Shown here in pieces: positions 1 through 8,344 of a stretch of DNA of 20,000 nt. Positions within the stretch are counted from its first letter, which is position 1. Each line of letters begins with the position of its first letter. The notes beneath the pieces were generated by a model that did not search any database, was not told the DNA's origin, and saw nothing but the letters and a program-made list of their open reading frames with translations. The position numbers and the translations under genes are program-made. This DNA is from Candidatus Limnocylindrales bacterium (GTDB lineage: Bacteria > Moduliflexota > Moduliflexia > Moduliflexales > JAUQPW01), in contig DATMBG010000008.1 in assembly GCA_035559535.1 (NCBI GenBank), forward strand, positions 44,375-64,374. The letters are read 5' to 3'.

Positions 1-515
1 ATATAGAGTTTTTGTTTTAAATCTTGAAGTAATTGGTGGGTTCGAACAATGCCGGAGATCTGAGAAGCGATGATGAATAGTAATTTGATATCTGTTTCCA
101 GGAAATCGTTGGGGGTGGCCGAGTGAACACAGATAACTCCCAAACAAGAGCCCTTTTCGTCCAGGATAGGCACGGAAAGTAGAGATTTAAAAGGAATAGA
201 TAACCCGCCGGATCCAGAATCCATCTGGAGGAACCCGTCTTGAGCAATCTGCACTTTTTTAGTTTCGGCAGTTTGTCCGATAATTCCTTCCCCTCTCTTA
301 AACTTAAGATGATTCAGTAGATTCGGGTCTAAGCCTTTGGTTGCTTTGAGGATTAATTCATCGCCTTCGTTGAGATAAATAGAGCAGGCATCTGCCTGCG
401 TCATTACTGCCGTAATCGTTACGATCTCTTGAAGCCGGTCGTTCAGGTCCAGGGAGGAATTAGCGGTACGGGCAATTTTATCTAAAATATCCAGTTCAAT
501 ATTGGTAGATATCAT
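1..515 (-). CDS. GAF-domain signalling protein, N-terminal part (runs off window start)
   Basis: Manual translation from ATG at 515 (ATGA overlap with the galT stop) is open to position 1: MISTNIELDILDKIARTANSSLDLNDRLQEIVTITAVMTQADACSIYLNEGDELILKATKGL...GEGIIGQTAE...SLLSVPILDEKGSCLGVICVHSATPNDFLETDIKLLFIIASQISG, a typical GAF pattern. Confidence 0.85.
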   Translation of the reverse strand, partial: MISTNIELDILDKIARTANSSLDLNDRLQEIVTITAVMTQADACSIYLNEGDELILKATKGLDPNLLNHLKFKRGEGIIGQTAETKKVQIAQDGFLQMDSGSGGLSIPFKSLLSVPILDEKGSCLGVICVHSATPNDFLETDIKLLFIIASQISGIVRTHQLLQDLKQKLY

Positions 516-1513
516 AGTTCTATTTCCCTTAAATGCTTGGAGGCTTCTTCCGGAGGGGTTGGATTGATGTAAAAATCCGTACCCCGCTCAAATCCGGCTG
601 TTTTAGTTAGTCTGGGCATGATTTCCAGATGCCAGTGATAGAAATCCACAGAGTAATCATCATGGAGAGGAGCCGTATGGATAAAATAGTTATAGGGTGG
701 ATTTTGTAGCACCTTATCCATTCGATTTAAGAGGTCCTGAAGGATTTTTGCCAGAGATCCGTATTCACTTTCCCGGCAGTTCTCGAAGTGAGAGATATGG
801 CGTTTGGGCAAAATCCACACCTCAAAGGGGAATCGGGGAGCGTAGGGAGAAAAACCTACAAAACTCTCATTCTCAAGGATAAAACGAGTTTTGGCTCCCA
901 GTTCCTGCCGGACCATATCACAAAAGATACAGCGTTCTCGATCGTTGAAATACTTTCGGGATCCATTCATTTCTTCGATAACAGCTTTCGGGAGTACCGG
1001 TAGGGCAATCAATTGGGAGTGGGGATGTTCTAAGGAGGCTCCGGCAGCTGCTCCATGATTTTTAAAGATCAAGATGTACTTAAATCGCATATCCTTTTTT
1101 AAATCCATAATCCGATCCCGATAAGCCCACAGCATATCTTCGACTCCCTTTAAGGACATCAGAGGGAGGGTTCCATCATGATTGGGAGTCTCTATAATCA
1201 CTTCATGGGCTCCAATCCCATTCATTTTGTCATACATCCCTTCACCCACCTTATCTAAATCTCCTTCAATCTGTAAGGCCGGGAATTTATTGGGCACCAC
1301 CCGGAGGGTCCACCCTGGTGAATTAGGAGCACTGGGGTAAGGGCGATAGACTAACACTTCAGGGGGTGTTGAGCTCTCGTTACCCGGACAAAAAGGGCAA
1401 AACCCACCTTTCCTCTGTTCTACCGTGTTTTTAAAATCCGAAGGTCGTTTACCACGTTCGGTTGCTATAATTACCCACCTGCCACAAACAGGATCTTTAC
1501 GCAGTTCTGGCAC
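512..1513 (-). CDS. galT: Galactose-1-phosphate uridylyltransferase-like HIT-family nucleotidyltransferase
   Basis: PELRKDP...RW N-terminus, CPFCPGNE, NKFPAL, GAHEVIIE, FKNHGAAAGASLEHPHSQ (HxHxQ) motifs. Start moved to GTG 1513 (ATG 1528 is an alternative) because the track's longer N-terminus is translated repeat DNA. Confidence 0.9.
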   Translation of the reverse strand: MPELRKDPVCGRWVIIATERGKRPSDFKNTVEQRKGGFCPFCPGNESSTPPEVLVYRPYPSAPNSPGWTLRVVPNKFPALQIEGDLDKVGEGMYDKMNGIGAHEVIIETPNHDGTLPLMSLKGVEDMLWAYRDRIMDLKKDMRFKYILIFKNHGAAAGASLEHPHSQLIALPVLPKAVIEEMNGSRKYFNDRERCIFCDMVRQELGAKTRFILENESFVGFSPYAPRFPFEVWILPKRHISHFENCRESEYGSLAKILQDLLNRMDKVLQNPPYNYFIHTAPLHDDYSVDFYHWHLEIMPRLTKTAGFERGTDFYINPTPPEEASKHLREIEL

Positions 1514-1523
1514 TGATCTTAAA

Positions 1524-1606
1524 GTCATGGGTATAGAAGTCAGAAGCCAGAAGTCAGAAGTAAGACTAAATTCTAACTTCAGACTTCTGGCTCCTATACC
1601 CATCAC
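1524..1606. repeat. Imperfect inverted repeat built from AGAAG(T/C)C heptamers
   Basis: gtcatgggtatag (1524-1536) versus ctatacccatcac (1594-1606), one mismatch; inner arms agaagtcagaagccagaagtcagaagt and ttctaacttcagacttctggct. Confidence 0.85.
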
Positions 1607-1625
1607 GTGTCACCGATGGATAAGT

Positions 1626-2648
1626 TTATCCAAAGAAGACTTCTGCAATTTTATATAACTCCATATCGACAGGTTTAAAAGTATTTAAATCTTCAGAGAA
1701 GTCTACGCAGGTAACCTGGCTCCCTTGCAGGCAGACCATTTTCCCATATATTCCGGCTTCTATCAATTCTACGGCTTTAATACCAAATCTCGTTGCAAGA
1801 ACCCGATCAAAAGCAGTTGGAGAGCCTCCCCGCTGAATATAGCCCAGAGCCGTTACCCGGGTTTCAAATCCCGTTCTTTTCTCTATTTCTTCGCTGAGGA
1901 TATTTACGATCCCCGGAGATCCTGCATAACTATATCCTTCTCGCTTTATCAAAAACTGTTGGTCTTCTCTAGGTTTGGCTCCTTCAGCCACCACGATAAT
2001 GCTAAAATTTTTTCCACGTTTATGGCGGTTCCGAATAAACTTACAAACCTCTTCGATATCAAAGGGGATTTCTGGAATTAAAATACAGTCCGCTCCACCG
2101 GCGATGCCGGCAACGGTTGCAATCCATCCGGCATGGTAGCCCATCACTTCCACGATCATCACCCGATTATGGGATTCGGCAGTTGTATGGAGACGATCGA
2201 TAGCTTCGGTCACAACCGATACGGCAGTATCAAATCCAAAGGAGTAATCTGTGGCCTGGATATCATTTTCAATGGTTTTGGGAATTCCAACCACCGGAAC
2301 TCCTTTCTCCGAAAGTGTTTTAGCAATTCCCAGCGTATCTCCTCCTCCCACCACGATCAGAGCAGAAAGCCCTAATTCTTTTATATTATCTATGAGTCTT
2401 TGAACTCCTCCCTCATAATTGAGGGGGTTAATTCGAGATGTACCCAGAATGGTTCCGCCTTTATAAAGGAGACCGGAAACCGAATCCAGATTTAGAAACT
2501 CTACATCCTTTTCCATCAAACCTTTCCAACCACTCCGGATGCCTACCACTTCATAGCCTATTTTATAAGATTTTCTTACTACAGCTCGAATGACGGCGTT
2601 TAATCCCGGGCAATCTCCACCACCTGTTAATAAACCTATTCTTTTCAT
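1626..2648 (-). CDS. pfkA: 6-phosphofructokinase family protein (PPi/mixed-type signature, atypical active site)
   Basis: TGGGDCPGLNAVIR, GGTILGTSR, PKTIEND, FGFDTA, TTAESHNR, QRGGSPTAFDR motifs. Confidence 0.9.
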   Translation of the reverse strand: MKRIGLLTGGGDCPGLNAVIRAVVRKSYKIGYEVVGIRSGWKGLMEKDVEFLNLDSVSGLLYKGGTILGTSRINPLNYEGGVQRLIDNIKELGLSALIVVGGGDTLGIAKTLSEKGVPVVGIPKTIENDIQATDYSFGFDTAVSVVTEAIDRLHTTAESHNRVMIVEVMGYHAGWIATVAGIAGGADCILIPEIPFDIEEVCKFIRNRHKRGKNFSIIVVAEGAKPREDQQFLIKREGYSYAGSPGIVNILSEEIEKRTGFETRVTALGYIQRGGSPTAFDRVLATRFGIKAVELIEAGIYGKMVCLQGSQVTCVDFSEDLNTFKPVDMELYKIAEVFFG

Positions 2649-2732
2649 TAAAAATATACACTAAAAGTATAAGGGATCAGAAACGAAGAAGTTGGTTACG
2701 CTACTTCTTGATTCATCATAGATCCTTTAGCC

Positions 2733-3869
2733 TTATTTTAAAAGACGTTCTTGTGCGGCTCGGACTCCAGCCGACAGTTGGATGGGATATCCTAAATCGT
2801 ATAGAGCCATTTCAAGTCCTGCAATGGCCGTAATCACATCAAATCGATCGGCAAACCCCAAATGGGCAATTCGGAAAATTTTTCCCTTGAGTTTATCCTG
2901 TCCTCCGGCAAGGGTAATGCCATATTTTTCCCGCAGGTGTTTAATCAGGCGACTACTATCTATACCTTCGGGTGATTTTACTGCCGTTACGGCATTGCTG
3001 GGTGATTCTGGGGCAAACAATTCAAGTCCCAGAGCTTGAACGGCAGCCCTTGTAGCCTCGGCCAGGCGAGCATGTCGCTCCACAACCTGATCCAGGCCTT
3101 CTGTTCGAATAAGTCGAAGGGTTTCCCTTAAAGCCATAACCAAAGGAACTGCCGGGGTGTAGGCATTTTCATTTTTATCCTGGGCTTTTTTCTCTTTTCT
3201 CAGATCAAAATAATATTTGGGGAGATTGGATCTTTCGGCAAACCTCCAGGCCTTATCACTTACGCAGATAAACGAAAGCCCGGGAGGAATCATAAGGGCC
3301 TTCTGAGAGCCTGTAACCACAACATCCAGTTTCCAGGCATCCATTTCGATTTTGTAAACCCCAATCCCGGTGACCGCATCCACAATAAGCAGAGTTTGAT
3401 CCAGTGGGCCTGTAATTTGGGCAATCCTTTCCACATCATGTTTAACTCCGGTTGAACTCTCTGTGAATTGGACAAAAACTGCTTTAATAGTCGGGTCTTT
3501 TTCAAGCCTGGATTTGATCTCTTCTGGATCGACCGCTTTCCCCCATTCCACATCGATTAAATCGACTTGAAGTCCATAGGCCATGCAAATATCTCGCCAG
3601 CGTTCGCCAAACTTTCCACCTTGAACTACCAGTACCTTATCTCCGGAACATAAAAAATTACATACCGCCGCTTCCATACTTCCGGTACCCGAAGAGGTAA
3701 AAAAATAAACCTCCCGGTCTGTCTGGAACAGGTACTTTAATCCTTCTTTAACTTCTGCCAAAACCTCCTTAAATTCCGGCCCTCTATGATAAATAGCCGG
3801 TTTTGCCATGGCCAGTAAAGCTTCCGATGGGATAGGTGTCGGACCCGGAGTCAAAAGATAACGTTTCAT
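2733..3869 (-). CDS. Class V PLP aminotransferase (alanine-glyoxylate/serine-pyruvate family)
   Basis: LLTPGPTP, SSGTGSME, ESSTGV, DAVT, GSQKAL (PLP lysine), FRIAHLG motifs. Confidence 0.92.
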   Translation of the reverse strand: MKRYLLTPGPTPIPSEALLAMAKPAIYHRGPEFKEVLAEVKEGLKYLFQTDREVYFFTSSGTGSMEAAVCNFLCSGDKVLVVQGGKFGERWRDICMAYGLQVDLIDVEWGKAVDPEEIKSRLEKDPTIKAVFVQFTESSTGVKHDVERIAQITGPLDQTLLIVDAVTGIGVYKIEMDAWKLDVVVTGSQKALMIPPGLSFICVSDKAWRFAERSNLPKYYFDLRKEKKAQDKNENAYTPAVPLVMALRETLRLIRTEGLDQVVERHARLAEATRAAVQALGLELFAPESPSNAVTAVKSPEGIDSSRLIKHLREKYGITLAGGQDKLKGKIFRIAHLGFADRFDVITAIAGLEMALYDLGYPIQLSAGVRAAQERLLK

Positions 3870-3878
3870 AGGACTATC

Positions 3879-4481
3879 TAGTCACAAAGATACCGAGACA
3901 TCAAGATAAATACCCATTCGATTCATCTGATTTGACAATCCCTTCTTCCCCTATAGGCGCCGGGATAAGGCGCCCCCACCCGGTCCTTCCCCCGTTTCAC
4001 AGGGGAGGGAACTTCACTTCAGAGTTCCTTCCCCTGCAAAGCGGGGGGAAGGTTAGTAGGTTAAACGTCTCGTTTGACATTAAGGAGGCCCCCTCAGGGA
4101 TTTCACTCTTATCCTGGCGTCCAGGCCCTCTTTCCCCCTAACCCCCTTCCTGAAGCGGGAAGGAGGGACTCAGGGATGGCCTGGATTCCCACTCTCCCCT
4201 CCCGGGGAAGAAAAGTCAGAGGGATCGAGTCCAAAACCCACCTCTCAGAGAGCCTCTTCCCCTCTACCGGTTCGGAACCCTTCCAGGGAGGTTAAAATAA
4301 CCTTGTCGAAGAATGACCCTGGACCCTCAGTTAAAGGTAAAATATCCAAGGATCGCCGGGTTCAAGAGCTTACAGCAGGCTTCGTTAACTCAACGCAGGG
4401 CGTACAGGGGTATGAAAGGTCATAGGGGTTATCCAACTTTACATCTTCCTCTATCTAAGTGTCTTCGTGTCTTTGTGGCTA
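3879..4481. repeat. Cluster of palindromic (REP/MITE-like) elements bounded by 30-bp imperfect inverted repeats
   Basis: 3879-3908 matches the reverse complement of 4452-4481 at 23/30; interior has several C-run/G-run hairpins (about 3974-4012, 4028-4053, 4129-4172) and a GTAG palindrome at 4055-4081. Confidence 0.75.
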
Positions 4482-4495
4482 AATAATTAATATTA

Positions 4496-4525
4496 AGTTT
4501 AAAAAACCACAACGTGTCCTGTCAA
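4496..4525 (-). promoter_or_regulatory. Putative sigma70 promoter for the aminotransferase-pfkA-galT operon
   Basis: TTGACA (4525-4520), 18-nt spacer, TAAACT (4501-4496) on the minus strand. Confidence 0.45.
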
Positions 4526-4777
4526 GATGAATTCAGGTTAGCCAAGAATCCTCCTAAAAACATCTTGACTTTTATCCAACCTTGGTAGTACCTATTGAGG
4601 ATAAAAAGCTGATCATTCATTTGATTATTCCTTTTATGTAGTAAGGTAAGTGTCTATTTAGAAAAAGACAATACTATCTTCGGGATAGTGTAAAAAAGAT
4701 ACTGGAATGTGGGACACACATCGGGTTGCCATTTGATTTAGGCCCACATCAAACCTAGTTCTTAGGTAAAAAATTTT

Positions 4778-6538
4778 ATGCAGAAACGCACACACTACTG
4801 CGGGGAGCTCAATGAAACGCATGCAGGAAGCCGGGTTTTTGTGTATGGATGGGTTCAAAGACGACGGGACCATGGAGGGCTCATATTTGTCGATCTACGG
4901 GATCGAACCGGGATCGTACAGATAGTCTTCAATCCGGCTTTACATGAAGAAAGCCATGAAACAGCCAGGCAACTCCGGAATGAATATGTGATCGGTGTCG
5001 AAGGCCTGGTTGAAAAAAGGCCCGAAGGGATGGAGAATCCTTTAATTCCGACGGGTCGAATTGAAATCCTGGCCGAAAAGCTGATCATTTTGAACGAAGC
5101 TGAAACACCTCCCTTTCCCATTGAAGAAGGGATCACGGCCAGTGAAGATCTTCGGCTGACTTACCGTTATCTGGATTTGCGAAGACCCCCTTTACGGAAC
5201 AATTTTATCCTACGCCATAAGGTTTATCAAATCGTACGAAATTTTCTATCCGATCGGGGTTTTATAGAGGTTGAGACCCCCTTTTTAACCAAAAGCACGC
5301 CGGAAGGAGCCAGGGATTATCTAGTTCCCAGTCGAATTCAGCCGGGGAAATTCTATGCACTTCCGCAATCTCCTCAATTGTTCAAACAGCTTTTAATGAT
5401 TGCCGGATTTGACAAATATTTCCAGATTGTGAAATGTTTTCGAGATGAAGACCTTCGGGCGGATCGACAACCTGAGTTTACCCAGATAGATATCGAGACG
5501 TCTTTTATGGAACGAGAAGAACTCTTTCGCATCACGGAAGATCTGATGAAAGCCCTTTTCGAGCCGCTCCGAAATATCCAACTGACCACACCCTTTCAGA
5601 CTATGTCTTATCAGGAAGCCATAGACCGATACGGATCGGACAAACCGGATCTGCGGTTTGGAATGGAATTGGTTGATGTTTCGGATATTGCCCAAAGAAC
5701 GGAGTTTAGAGTTTTCACCGAGGTCCTGGCAACGGGAGGGCAGGTCAAAGGTTTGAAGGTGAAAGGTCAGGCGGCTTTCTCCCGGAAGGATCTCGATCTG
5801 CTTACGGAACTCGTGAAGGGATGTGGGGCGAAAGGATTGGTGTGGATAAAAATCACCGAGAATGAAGTTCAATCCCCTGCACTCAAGTATTTCTCTGAAG
5901 AGGTTATGAACTCCCTCCGGGATCGATTTAAAGCGGAACCTCAAGATCTTTTACTTTTAGTAGCCGATAAACCTAAGGTGGTCGCTACGGCTTTGAGCAA
6001 TTTGAGACTCCATCTGGGTCGAAAGCTCAATTTGATTGATTCACAGGCTTTCAAATTTCTCTGGGTTACCAACTTTCCTCTCTTTGAGTATAACGAGGAA
6101 GAAAGGAGATTTGAAGCCATGCATCATCCCTTTACTGCACCCGTAGATGAAGATATACCACTTTTAGAAACCGATCCTGCCAGGGTAAGGGCCAAGGCTT
6201 ACGATCTGGTTTTAAATGGCCAGGAAATCGGAGGTGGGAGTACCCGAATTCATCGAACTGATCTGCAAAAGCGAGTTTTTGAGCTTCTTAATATTAAGGA
6301 AGAAGAGGCAATGAAAAAATTCGGCTTCTTACTCCAGGCCCTTAAATATGGAGCTCCTCCCCATGGGGGGATTGCTCTGGGATTAGACCGGATTGTCATG
6401 ATCCTTACCGGATCGGAATCGATTCGAGATGTCATTGCTTTTCCAAAAACTCAAAAAGCCGTCTGTCTCATGACCGATGCACCTTCGTTTGTGGATAAGA
6501 AACAGCTCGATGAGTTGAGGATTCAGGTGAAAATCTAA
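4778..6538 (+). CDS. aspS: Aspartate--tRNA(Asp/Asn) ligase, probably non-discriminating
   Basis: RTHYCG, RRRDHGGLIFVDLRD, STPEGARDY, LPQSPQLFKQ, FRDEDLRADRQPEFTQID, HHPFT, GAPPHGGIALGLDR. DHGG and RPEG resemble non-discriminating AspRS; gatCAB is present in the window. Confidence 0.97.
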   Translation: MQKRTHYCGELNETHAGSRVFVYGWVQRRRDHGGLIFVDLRDRTGIVQIVFNPALHEESHETARQLRNEYVIGVEGLVEKRPEGMENPLIPTGRIEILAEKLIILNEAETPPFPIEEGITASEDLRLTYRYLDLRRPPLRNNFILRHKVYQIVRNFLSDRGFIEVETPFLTKSTPEGARDYLVPSRIQPGKFYALPQSPQLFKQLLMIAGFDKYFQIVKCFRDEDLRADRQPEFTQIDIETSFMEREELFRITEDLMKALFEPLRNIQLTTPFQTMSYQEAIDRYGSDKPDLRFGMELVDVSDIAQRTEFRVFTEVLATGGQVKGLKVKGQAAFSRKDLDLLTELVKGCGAKGLVWIKITENEVQSPALKYFSEEVMNSLRDRFKAEPQDLLLLVADKPKVVATALSNLRLHLGRKLNLIDSQAFKFLWVTNFPLFEYNEEERRFEAMHHPFTAPVDEDIPLLETDPARVRAKAYDLVLNGQEIGGGSTRIHRTDLQKRVFELLNIKEEEAMKKFGFLLQALKYGAPPHGGIALGLDRIVMILTGSESIRDVIAFPKTQKAVCLMTDAPSFVDKKQLDELRIQVKI

Positions 6539-6580
6539 ACCTGTGAGGAGAACCTGGTGACATTCATCTCCATAAATCCA

Positions 6581-6609
6581 TTGACAAGCAAGCCGGTAAT
6601 CTACATATT
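6581..6609 (+). promoter_or_regulatory. Putative sigma70 promoter upstream of phoH
   Basis: TTGACA (6581-6586), 17 nt, CATATT (6604-6609). Confidence 0.45.
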
Positions 6610-6632
6610 TATGGTAGAGAAAGTTATCAACC

Positions 6633-6693
6633 AAGTCGGTTGGTTAATTGGATAAATCCCCTGAAAAGGGTCCAATTAATTAGTCGATTTTTT
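6633..6693 (+). promoter_or_regulatory. Long RNA hairpin with GAAA tetraloop and U-tract in the phoH leader (terminator/attenuator-like)
   Basis: 6634-6652 pairs with 6671-6689 over 19 bp with 5 G-U and no mismatch; apical ccct-GAAA-aggg; T6 at 6688-6693. Confidence 0.6.
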
Positions 6694-6715
6694 AAAGTAG
6701 AGGTGATCTCAAACA

Positions 6716-7798
6716 TTGCAAGAACAAGATAAAAGTGTTAGCCTGAGCTTTAACGACTCTTTGCAGAGCTTATTTGGAAATTACGATGAAAATTTAAAAA
6801 CTATTGAACGAGCTTTTGATATTTCCATCACCCTTCGAGGGGATAAGATTATCCTGAAAGGAGAAGCCGAGGATGTCTCCAAGGTTGAAAAGATCCTCAA
6901 TCATCTGGCTTCTCTGCTGGCTCATGGCCGCAAAGTAAGTCGAGAAGATGTTCGTTCTGCGATTCGTATTGTCTCTGAAGATACCGAGGTAAATCTTGAA
7001 GAAGTATTTTCGGATTCCATTCAAATTCCCTCTCGAAAAGGCTTTGTTACCCCCAAAAGTTTGACCCAAAAAGAATATATCGAAGCCATCCAGCACCATG
7101 ATATTGTCTTTGGAATCGGGCCCGCCGGCACCGGAAAAACCTATCTGGCTATGGCAATGGGGATTTATTTTCTCCAGAATAAAACCTTCCATCGGATTGT
7201 TCTCACACGACCGGCGGTAGAAGCAGGTGAAAAGCTTGGATTTCTTCCAGGGGATCTCTACGAGAAAGTGAATCCCTATTTGCGTCCCTTGTACGATGCT
7301 CTCCACGAGATGATGGATATAGAAAAAGCCCAGCGACTTCTCGAACGAGGTACTATTGAAGTGGCTCCACTTGCCTTTATGCGCGGACGCACCCTGAATG
7401 ATTCTTTCGTCATTTTAGATGAAGCGCAAAATACTACCTCAGAACAGATGAAGATGTTTCTCACCCGGCTGGGATTTAGCTCCAAGGCGGTTATTACCGG
7501 AGACATAACTCAAACCGATCTGCCTGAAGATAAAGTGTCCGGCTTAAAGGAAGCTCAGATGATTCTGAACAACGTTGAGGGGATTAAGTTTATTCACTTT
7601 ACAGAAAAAGATGTGGTTCGACATCCTCTGGTTCAGAAAATTATTACCGCTTATGAAAATTATGAAAAAGTAAGTGGTCCTAAGGCCTCCAAAAGAAACC
7701 ACCTGATTCGAGTAGGTGATTTCAATGGAAATTCTGCTTCGCAATCCGGCGAAGACGAGGAAAGTCAGCCTGCGCCGGTTAAAACAAACTGCCCGTAA
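6716..7798 (+). CDS. phoH: PhoH-like ATPase (YbeZ type, N-terminal KH-like region)
   Basis: [81 protein letters not shown] at 6700-6706 before TTG. Confidence 0.95.
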   Translation: MQEQDKSVSLSFNDSLQSLFGNYDENLKTIERAFDISITLRGDKIILKGEAEDVSKVEKILNHLASLLAHGRKVSREDVRSAIRIVSEDTEVNLEEVFSDSIQIPSRKGFVTPKSLTQKEYIEAIQHHDIVFGIGPAGTGKTYLAMAMGIYFLQNKTFHRIVLTRPAVEAGEKLGFLPGDLYEKVNPYLRPLYDALHEMMDIEKAQRLLERGTIEVAPLAFMRGRTLNDSFVILDEAQNTTSEQMKMFLTRLGFSSKAVITGDITQTDLPEDKVSGLKEAQMILNNVEGIKFIHFTEKDVVRHPLVQKIITAYENYEKVSGPKASKRNHLIRVGDFNGNSASQSGEDEESQPAPVKTNCP

Positions 7799-8204
7799 AA
7801 CCCTGGAAGTCCTGGGGGGTTCCGATAATTGGGAGTTAAGTATTGTGCTGGTCAAGGATGAGGAAATTCGCCGCCTTAATAAAACCTATCGCCATATCGA
7901 TGAAAGTACCGATGTCCTCTCCTTCCCCCTACAAGAAACCTCTTCACCCGGATCTTTCAAAAAAAGCCCCGGGTCTTCTTTGCTTTTCCCCCTGGGAGAT
8001 GTGGTTATCTCGGTAGATACTGCCGATCGTCAGGCCCGGATTCATGGTCATTCCCTGGGGGATGAAATGGATATGCTGTTAGTCCATGGAATTCTTCATC
8101 TGATGGGTTATGATCATGAGAAAAAAGAAGATGCAGAACAGATGATGCAGATGGAGGCCCGGATTTTAAAATCCAAAGAAGGACTTATTAAAAAGGGTTT
8201 ATAA
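7725..8204 (+). CDS. ybeY: rRNA maturation endoribonuclease YbeY
   Basis: [31 protein letters not shown] motif; ATG 7725 follows AGGTGA; conserved phoH-ybeY synteny. Confidence 0.93.
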   Translation: MEILLRNPAKTRKVSLRRLKQTARKTLEVLGGSDNWELSIVLVKDEEIRRLNKTYRHIDESTDVLSFPLQETSSPGSFKKSPGSSLLFPLGDVVISVDTADRQARIHGHSLGDEMDMLLVHGILHLMGYDHEKKEDAEQMMQMEARILKSKEGLIKKGL

Positions 8205-8239
8205 AAGCTCTTTTCCAGAAATATTGGTTTAATTTTTAC

Positions 8240-8268
8240 TTGACTGATTGATCCAAACCCTTTATCAT
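8240..8268 (+). promoter_or_regulatory. Putative sigma70 promoter for the downstream hypothetical gene
   Basis: TTGACT (8240-8245), 17 nt, TATCAT (8263-8268). Confidence 0.6.
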
Positions 8269-8344
8269 ATCGATAATTTCCTGATTCTTACCTGTGGTCA
8301 GGGCCATAAAAGTATGTCTAAAATAATTGAGAATCTACAGGCCA

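Noticed and set aside
17..247. 76-aa minus-strand ORF in the track
   Set aside because: Alternative frame inside the GAF-domain CDS (1-515).
1529..1606. N-terminal extension of GalT in the track
   Set aside because: Translation of the heptamer-repeat hairpin (LTSDFWLLTS); family similarity begins at PELRKDP.
3932..4295. 69-aa and 73-aa plus-strand ORFs
   Set aside because: Pro/Gly-rich translations of palindromic repeats, TTG starts, no RBS.
4245..4436. Minus-strand frame with CTPC and one in-frame TGA (possible selenoprotein or pseudogene)
   Set aside because: No recognisable family or SECIS; readily explained by chance in non-coding DNA.
4855..7855. Antisense ORFs of 60-183 aa over aspS, phoH and ybeY (and similar ones over pfkA, accC, gatAB and the ABC gene)
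   Set aside because: Shadow frames of conserved genes with no motifs or RBS.
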